A DNA stretch of 63,924 bases, the filler included, from Malassezia furfur (taxonomy: Eukaryota): the NCBI GenBank assembly GCA_052055015.1. It is 4 parts of 4 records of this genome, joined end to end, with 100 filler letters (N's around TTAATTAATTAA, not from the genome) between each part and the next. Parts side by side here need not be neighbours in the genome. Positions count along the whole stretch, not along the records: positions 51,060 to 63,924 come from JBQJIT010000327.1; 3 more parts are not named here. One strand, written 5' to 3'. The notes under the pieces are model-generated. The model had not been told where the DNA came from, searched no databases, and worked only from the letters and a program-made list of their open reading frames with translations. Of this stretch, positions 57,748-63,924 are shown piece after piece. Within the stretch, counting starts at the first letter, position 1. The number at the start of each line of letters is the position of its first letter. Both the position numbers and the translations under genes were made by a program.

Positions 57748-59376
57748 TTACGCATAGGCCAAACGGCGGGCAAACTCGATCAGCGCGCGCACAGGACGGC
57801 CCGTCAGGCCCTTGCCCTGGTAGTCGTTCAGCGTGTTGACCGACGCCTCCATCGAGCCGGCGATGTCGATGTGGGCGTAGCGCACCGACGGCTTCTCGCC
57901 CTTGGCACGGTTCTCGAGGCCCTGCACAAACTGCTTCAAGAAGATGGCCGCGGTCGCCGAGCCGGCCGGGCGGCCGCCCGTGTTGACCAGGTCCGCGTTC
58001 GTCTTGGAGATCTGCGGCAGGTAGCCGTCGGTGAGCGGCAGGCGCCAGAACAGGTCGTGCTCGGCCTCGCCCGCCGTCTTGAGCTCCTGCCAGAGCGCCT
58101 CGGTCTCGGTGAACACGGCCGAGTACAGGTCGCCCAGCGCAATCACACACGCACCCGTCAGCGTCGCGACGTCCACAAGCGTGTGCGGCTTGTACGTGTC
58201 GGACGCGTAGGTGATCGCATCCGCCAGCACCAGACGACCCTCGGCATCGGTGTTGTCCACCTGCACGGTCAGGCCGTTGCGCGCCTCAAAGATGTCGCCC
58301 GGCTTGGTCGCACGCCCGCTCGGCATGTTCTCGGTGAGCGGCGTAAAGGTCGACACGTTGATCGGCAGGCCGAGCTGCGCAATCGCCAGCGTCGTCGACA
58401 CTACCGCCGCAGCACCACCCATGTCGGCACGCATCAGGTCCATGCCCGCACCGGGCTTGATGCTGATGCCGCCCGTGTCAAAGGTGATACCCTTGCCCAC
58501 GAGCGCCAGCGGCGCCGCATCCTTGTCGGGCGCACCGTGGTAGTGGATCTCGACAAACTTGAGCGGCTGCTCGGAGCCCTGCGCAACCGACAGGAACAGG
58601 TTCATGCGCTGCTCGCGCGCCCAGTCGGCGTCGCGCACAATCACCTGCGTGTTGGGCACGTTCTTGAACGCGGCGACAATGCGCTCGGCAAACGCCGTGG
58701 GCGTAAGCAAGTTCGCGGCCGTCTCCTGCAGCTCACGCGACCAGTTCTGCGCACGCGCATACACCTCGCCGGTGTACCAGCTGAGTGGCGACGCAGTGTC
58801 CTTCAGCTCGTCCGCCTCATCCACCAGCTTCTTCTTCTCCGCGTCCGACGTCGCGCCGTTCAGCGGCTGGGGGGTGATGTGCCGGCCGCCTTGCAGGTGG
58901 CTCGGCTTGCTCCACGACGGCGCCGCACCGCGCGTCTTGAAGTGGTTCACGCTCCACAGGCCGAGCAGCGCACCCTCGGCGGCCGCGTGCGGGCTGGCGA
59001 ACGAGTCGACGTCCACCGTGTGCTCGCCGTCGGTGCCGAGATCGCGCAGCGCACGCACACCCTTCGCCGCGTCGAGACGCGACTGCTCCCGACGCTCGTT
59101 GCGCAGGTAGATGCCCTCGGCAGGCAGCGCGTCGGGCGCCGTGGTCGGCGCGGGTTTTTGCTCACCCAGCGCAACCGCCGCAACCGGCACGGAATCTTGG
59201 GGGTACAGCACACGCAGCTCGCCGGGCTTGGCAGACGACGCACGGCTCGCCTTCCACTGCGCAGCAACCTGCTGCCCAAGCTCACCGGTGAGCGCAGTCT
59301 TGCCGCTCGGCTCAACGGCAACAACCTTTCCAATTAGGGACGAAGACATGGTACGACAAAGGGGGGTGCGAAACAT
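57748..59376 (-). CDS. M17 leucyl (cytosol) aminopeptidase
   Basis: LVGKGITFDTGG, MRADMGG, ENMPSG, NTDAEGRLVLADA, DVATLTGA and HIDIAG. Confidence 0.95.
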   Translation of the reverse strand: MFRTPLCRTMSSSLIGKVVAVEPSGKTALTGELGQQVAAQWKASRASSAKPGELRVLYPQDSVPVAAVALGEQKPAPTTAPDALPAEGIYLRNERREQSRLDAAKGVRALRDLGTDGEHTVDVDSFASPHAAAEGALLGLWSVNHFKTRGAAPSWSKPSHLQGGRHITPQPLNGATSDAEKKKLVDEADELKDTASPLSWYTGEVYARAQNWSRELQETAANLLTPTAFAERIVAAFKNVPNTQVIVRDADWAREQRMNLFLSVAQGSEQPLKFVEIHYHGAPDKDAAPLALVGKGITFDTGGISIKPGAGMDLMRADMGGAAAVVSTTLAIAQLGLPINVSTFTPLTENMPSGRATKPGDIFEARNGLTVQVDNTDAEGRLVLADAITYASDTYKPHTLVDVATLTGACVIALGDLYSAVFTETEALWQELKTAGEAEHDLFWRLPLTDGYLPQISKTNADLVNTGGRPAGSATAAIFLKQFVQGLENRAKGEKPSVRYAHIDIAGSMEASVNTLNDYQGKGLTGRPVRALIEFARRLAYA

Positions 59377-59394
59377 ATGGAGACAGACGTCTAT

Positions 59395-62073
59395 CTACGC
59401 CGATGTCGCATGCAGGAAGGCGTGCAGCTTCCGGCCGGGCTCACGACCAATCAGCTGCTCCAGCCGCTCCAGCGGCGTGGCACACAAATCCTGCACACTC
59501 TCCACTGCATTCATAAGATACACGTAATTCTTCGCCGTGACGCCAGGCATGGCGCGCAGCATGTCCACGGGCGTCAGATTCAGCGTGCTCTCGCCCAACA
59601 CGTCGTCGTCCATGCCGACCGCCGCCGCCGCCGTCGCATCGGGCTCGTCGTGGCTCTGTTTCAGGTCCGCAAAGATCTCGGCCGTGGCATAGGGCGACGA
59701 CGACCAAATCAGCCGTAGGCGAGGGAACGACAGCGTCAGCAGCACCAGCTTCGACTGCACATCGAGCTCCGTCGAGGTCGCAGCCTTGGGGTGCTTCGCA
59801 TCGCCACCCAGCGCTTCAAGCGTAAAGGCGCGCTCCTGGTCAAACTCGATCAGCAAAATAGGGTGCTGGTAGTGGATCGACATCGCCTCGCACTGGGTAT
59901 ACAGCCGGCCCGAGTTGAGACTCTGCACCAGGTCCGTCAGACTCTTGCGCTCCACACACATGTCGGACGCAATCACATAGTCGCCCACTTGTAGCGTGCA
60001 CGGCACCACTTGCATGCCCGCCGCGTGCAGCAGCGACGGAAGACTCGAGCGAAATTCGCGCATGTCGACCACCACCGTCGGCGGCAGCCGCAGCTGCGCC
60101 GAAGTCAGCGAGCTGCCACCCGCAACGCGCGAGCTCAAGCGCCGCAACATGCGCTGGTCGGCATCCTCCTCGGGCTGCCCTTCGGCGGTGAGGGGAATGG
60201 CCATATTGCCTTTTTGCTTGATGAGCCGCTCAAACGCGTCCTTTTCGCGCCGCAGCTGCGCGAGGTACATTTGCTCCTCGACCGAGTCGGTGTACAGCAT
60301 AAAGTAGACCTGGACGTGCATACGTTGGATCGCTCGGTACACTTCCACCTGCCGTACAAACTGGGGGTTCGGGTCGTACATGATCACATGCCGGGGGCGC
60401 AGCTCTTGCAGCAAGCTGTCGTTCTCGTCCCCGCCATACGTATGGATCACCACCACGTTGCCCAGATCGACGAGGCCAAAGTAGTCCTCCAGCGTGTCGT
60501 CCACCTCTTCCGCCTTGACGTCCCACGGCGCCGCACGGGGTATATCGCTCGGCAGGTCCGGCACCTGCTCGGCTTTGTCGGCATGGGTGTGCACGGGCAT
60601 GGCCATCCCACCCCGGATGCGCCGCCGCTTCTGTGCTGAGCTCCGTGCGGCCTTGCGCTGGAGTGCCTCGCTCATCACCTCGTCCGACACGGGCACTGAC
60701 TGGCTCGCGTGGTGCGCCCGCATGCTCTGCTTCCACTGTAGGTACTCGGCAAACGCAGCCGCCATCACAGGCCGGCCCGGATGCTCGGGGTCGTCGTCGG
60801 CACTCGACAGGAACGCACGCAGCTGCGTCGCCGAGCGCTCGGTCTCTGTCATGATGAGGATCGGCGCGGGCGTATGGTAGACCTCTTGCTCGATTTCGTC
60901 CAAGACTTCGAGCAGCAGCTTCCACTTGGGCGGCTCTTCCAGCACCAGCTCCACCGATCCCTCGTTCGTCTCGCGCCACAACCGGCGCCGCGCCTCGCTA
61001 AAGATCACGTTCGACGCATCCGTTATGAGCCACGCCGACTGCCGCGGCCGGCCAGACTCGTTCGTATTCGCAGCCAGCACGGTTTCCAGGTAGGTGTAGA
61101 ACGACACCGCATCGTACGACAACAGGTAGTGCAGCAGCGTACGCAGCGTGCCCAAGTCGGCGACCAGCTGCTTGGTCGAGGGCGCGAGCCGGTGCCACAC
61201 GGGGTCAAGTTGGCGCCGCACGGCCACGTCAAACGCACGGTGCATCGCACTCTCCACACTAAAGTCGTCCACCTCCTCAGCCAGCTTGCTGCGCCGCACC
61301 TCGGCCAACGTCGCTTCCAGACACTCGACGATCGCCGACTGGATGGACCGCATCGCCGGCGTAGATGGTTGGTGCAGCTCCACGGCATCCGCCCGGTGCT
61401 GGCCGAGGTCACGGTCAATCGACTGGTGAAAACGCGGCCAGATGTCCACGTTGCGCAGGCGCAGCTGTGCCATGACCGTCTGCAGCGTCATCGTGCCGGT
61501 CGAGAGATGCTCGGCATTGTACGAGAATGCTTTCAGGAAACCGTCCTGGGTCAGCACTGCCTCACACACCTTGTTCTGTTCGCGATAGATCCGCAGGATG
61601 AACGCTTCGATGGACGTCGGAGAGACCCTGGGTTAGCGTGCGTCTGCGCACCTCTCGGCATGAAGCACAACAATGCCCGTGATTAGGTTGATAGGGATGC
61701 GCTTCGAGAGCATGTCCACGATCAAAATGCGCGACGTCACACTGATAATGCCGCCCCCCATGTATGCATCCGCGCGCTGCTTCGAGGCAGTATCGTGGTG
61801 CAGGCTCTTGACTGCATTGTGGGGGAGCCCAAGCGTCCCCAGGTCATGCTCAATCCCAGTAAGATCACGCGAAGATGCGTTCACCAGCAAGACCAGGTTC
61901 TGCTTGCTGTAATAGGCGCGCAGGAGTGTTGCGACCACGCGACGGAGTCCCAACCCCGGCGCAAGCACCACCAGACGATCACGCTGCTCCGGATCATCTG
62001 AATCTGGGATCAGATTTGCCAAGATGGCACGGTGAAATGGCAGTAGCCATTGCCGTGACGGAGGAAGTGCCAT
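59395..62073 (-). CDS. RAD1: XPF/ERCC4 structure-specific endonuclease (Rad1/Rad16/Mei-9), 2 introns
   Basis: VTSRILIVDML, GFLKAFS, LEEPPKW, RREKDAFERLI, VVDMREFRS, VGDY and VERKS. 24-nt introns 61628-61651 and 61546-61569. Confidence 0.95.
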
Positions 62074-62943
62074 CTTGTTTTCCACTTGCCGCGTGCACGG
62101 ACAAGGGAACGCCAATGTAAGAAACGTACGTTTGCCCCAGGTTGGCCTCCACATGAGTCGGCACGTGGGTTACGATGGAGTCGTCCCAGAGGGGTTGGAT
62201 CTCACTTACGTTCCATAATTTCGTGCACGAGTTGATGTGAGACATCGAGAGGGCCTTGCACCTTTCACTGGACGTTCACGAAAAAAACTTCCACCTGAAA
62301 ATAAATGTTTTCCTATTAGGTTGTCGATTGTGTGAGTTTGTAAAGGAGACGAACACGAACCGCGAAGGGAAACAACTATGGTCGAGGGCTACATAGTAAT
62401 AGAGAGTCACTGTGGAGTAATCCAAATGATTGTTTCATTTTGCACACTCAATCTCCTCCCAAGCAGGAAGAAGCTGTCGTTAGAATATACCCGCAGAAAA
62501 ACAAAAAAACGACAAAATTGAATAGGAAGAACACTGGGTATACATAACATCCTAAGTGTGTTAATTTCTGTGTACAGAGCGGAACAGTGATCTACAAAGT
62601 GCAACTCAACGTTCTAAGCAACATCATCCCGCCTAGTCAGCAGACTAACAAGTTTAGGCATGCACGTTCTCCACATCTTTGCGTATCCACAATTAGGGCA
62701 TTTTCAACCAAATTGCAAGTGGTCATGTCCTCCACATTTTACAGCTTAAAACAAGGGGTTTCGACAATCGCAATCATGCGGGTACTTCAATATGAACTCT
62801 TAAATGCACTTTCGCCCTCATTTGTGAATTTACACCCTCCCTTAATTGGTTTGATCCCAACAAGCATACTTGCAGCAAATTGGGCTGTGCTATATAAAGA
62901 GAGTAGTGCATACCCTATAATCTTTCTTCTTCAAGCACTGCCT

Positions 62944-63776
62944 ATGTGGTCAGCGGTTAATGTATCGGAGCTCGTCTTCATAGGCATTTTCCTGGTCCTA
63001 GGCACGCTCACTGCACTTAATTTGATCAACCATGATCCCAAGTTAAGGCGTGGAATTATCTTGGCAATAATTTTCTGTATATGTGAGTATCTTGACGGTA
63101 TTCTTACTCAGTTCGCATTATTGGGAATACACTTGTTATTGTCGCTTTTAACGATCATGCTATAAGCGACGTCACATCGTACGTGATTGCGGGGGTGATC
63201 TTCCAAGGAATGGGATACAGTTTCATGGTATCTGCCATGATTTTATTCATTCGTGCATCCACACCTCCGAGCGAACCCTCGATGGAGAAAGAGGAGAGCA
63301 AAATGTGGATTAACTTAAAATCTCCCGTTAATTTGGACCGCATACTTACTTTGGCTAATATTGCGGCTCCAATTCTACTCATTGTCGGGTTCAGTCAAGC
63401 TGCTGATTCCATCAACATGTCGTCAAGGGCACCTGGTTTCGAATCCGTTGATGGGACGATCAAAGCTGGGAATATCATTTACATTGTAATCACCCTAATC
63501 TTGGTGATAATGGTCGCAAATTTGGTCGTCAATGAGAACAGTATCTGTGGAAAAATGGGAAAGTTTGCTCTCGGTACAGCAGCCGTTTGCATGCTTGAAA
63601 GATGCATCTTTGTGGCCTATTTGTGTTTGAAAAGCGAACCTTATCACAGTAATGTGGTGGCTCGTATTATTTGCCAATACGCAATGGAGGCATGCACGAT
63701 TTTTGCCTTCTATGTGTTCACTTTTTTCTTTCCCAAGTTCGAAACATCTCGCAAAGACGCCATGGTTACCTATTAA
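62944..63776 (+). CDS. Subtelomeric AT-rich multi-pass (about 7 TM) membrane protein of unknown function (RTA1/DUF7702-like topology), 1 intron
   Basis: ORFs 62587-63165 and 63183-63776 are joined by a 29-nt intron 63083-63111 (GTGAGT..CTTAC..CAG), giving IIFCI|FRIIGN. Start could be further upstream (ATG 62725). Confidence 0.65.
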
Positions 63777-63839
63777 TTGTGTACATAACATACCGTACTT
63801 GTGTAAATAGTTTGCAATACATTCTGAGTTTTACAAATG

Positions 63840-63924
63840 AGGATTAGGATTAGGATTAGGATTAGGATTAGGATTTAGGATTAGGATTAGGATTAGGATT
63901 AGGATTAGGATTAGGATTAGGATT
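63840..63924 (+). repeat. Telomeric repeat (TTAGGA)n, about 14 copies
   Basis: Terminal tandem GGATTA hexamer with the G-rich strand running 5'->3' toward the end. One GGATTTA variant at 63871-63877. Confidence 0.93.

Noticed and set aside
57715..59337. 540-aa plus-strand ORF, and similar ORFs at 47505-49346, 30390-32495 and 51329-53104
   Set aside because: Antisense or alternate-frame shadows of LAP, SSZ1/PRP40, the MBOAT and SEN54/OSCA.

Overview
This is eukaryotic DNA, not prokaryotic. It is the right-hand end of a chromosome from a very compact, GC-rich basidiomycete yeast, most consistent with Malassezia (inferred from gene density, GC content, tiny introns and protein style). It is a pseudomolecule of four contigs joined by artificial 100-nt N/TTAATTAATTAA/N linkers and ends in a (TTAGGA)n telomere. 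About 37 protein genes can be read, mostly conserved housekeeping genes (URA2, EAF3, SIN3, ALG5, Aurora/IPL1, chitin synthase, H2A.Z, WDR7, TOM40, PPT1, RVS161, VPS60, CDC28, NUP53, histone H4, GUK1, SSZ1, PRP40, SEN54, NOP6, RAD1/XPF and others), plus two intron-containing tRNAs. No CRISPR or recognisable transposon is present. The most striking signals are: (1) 57 hand-traced coding-region introns of only 21-35 nt (mode 23, median 25), including a GC-AG intron and an 8-nt micro-exon; (2) a tRNA-Leu(CAA) that appears to lack the long variable arm; (3) one candidate 248-nt 5'-UTR intron, about ten times the local norm, with a foldable RNA inside; (4) a CACGTG E-box in 14 of the tiny promoters; (5) a non-canonical telomere repeat with a roughly 1.7-kb AT-rich subtelomere holding one membrane-protein gene. 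All gene models and intron boundaries were derived by eye and need RNA-seq confirmation.
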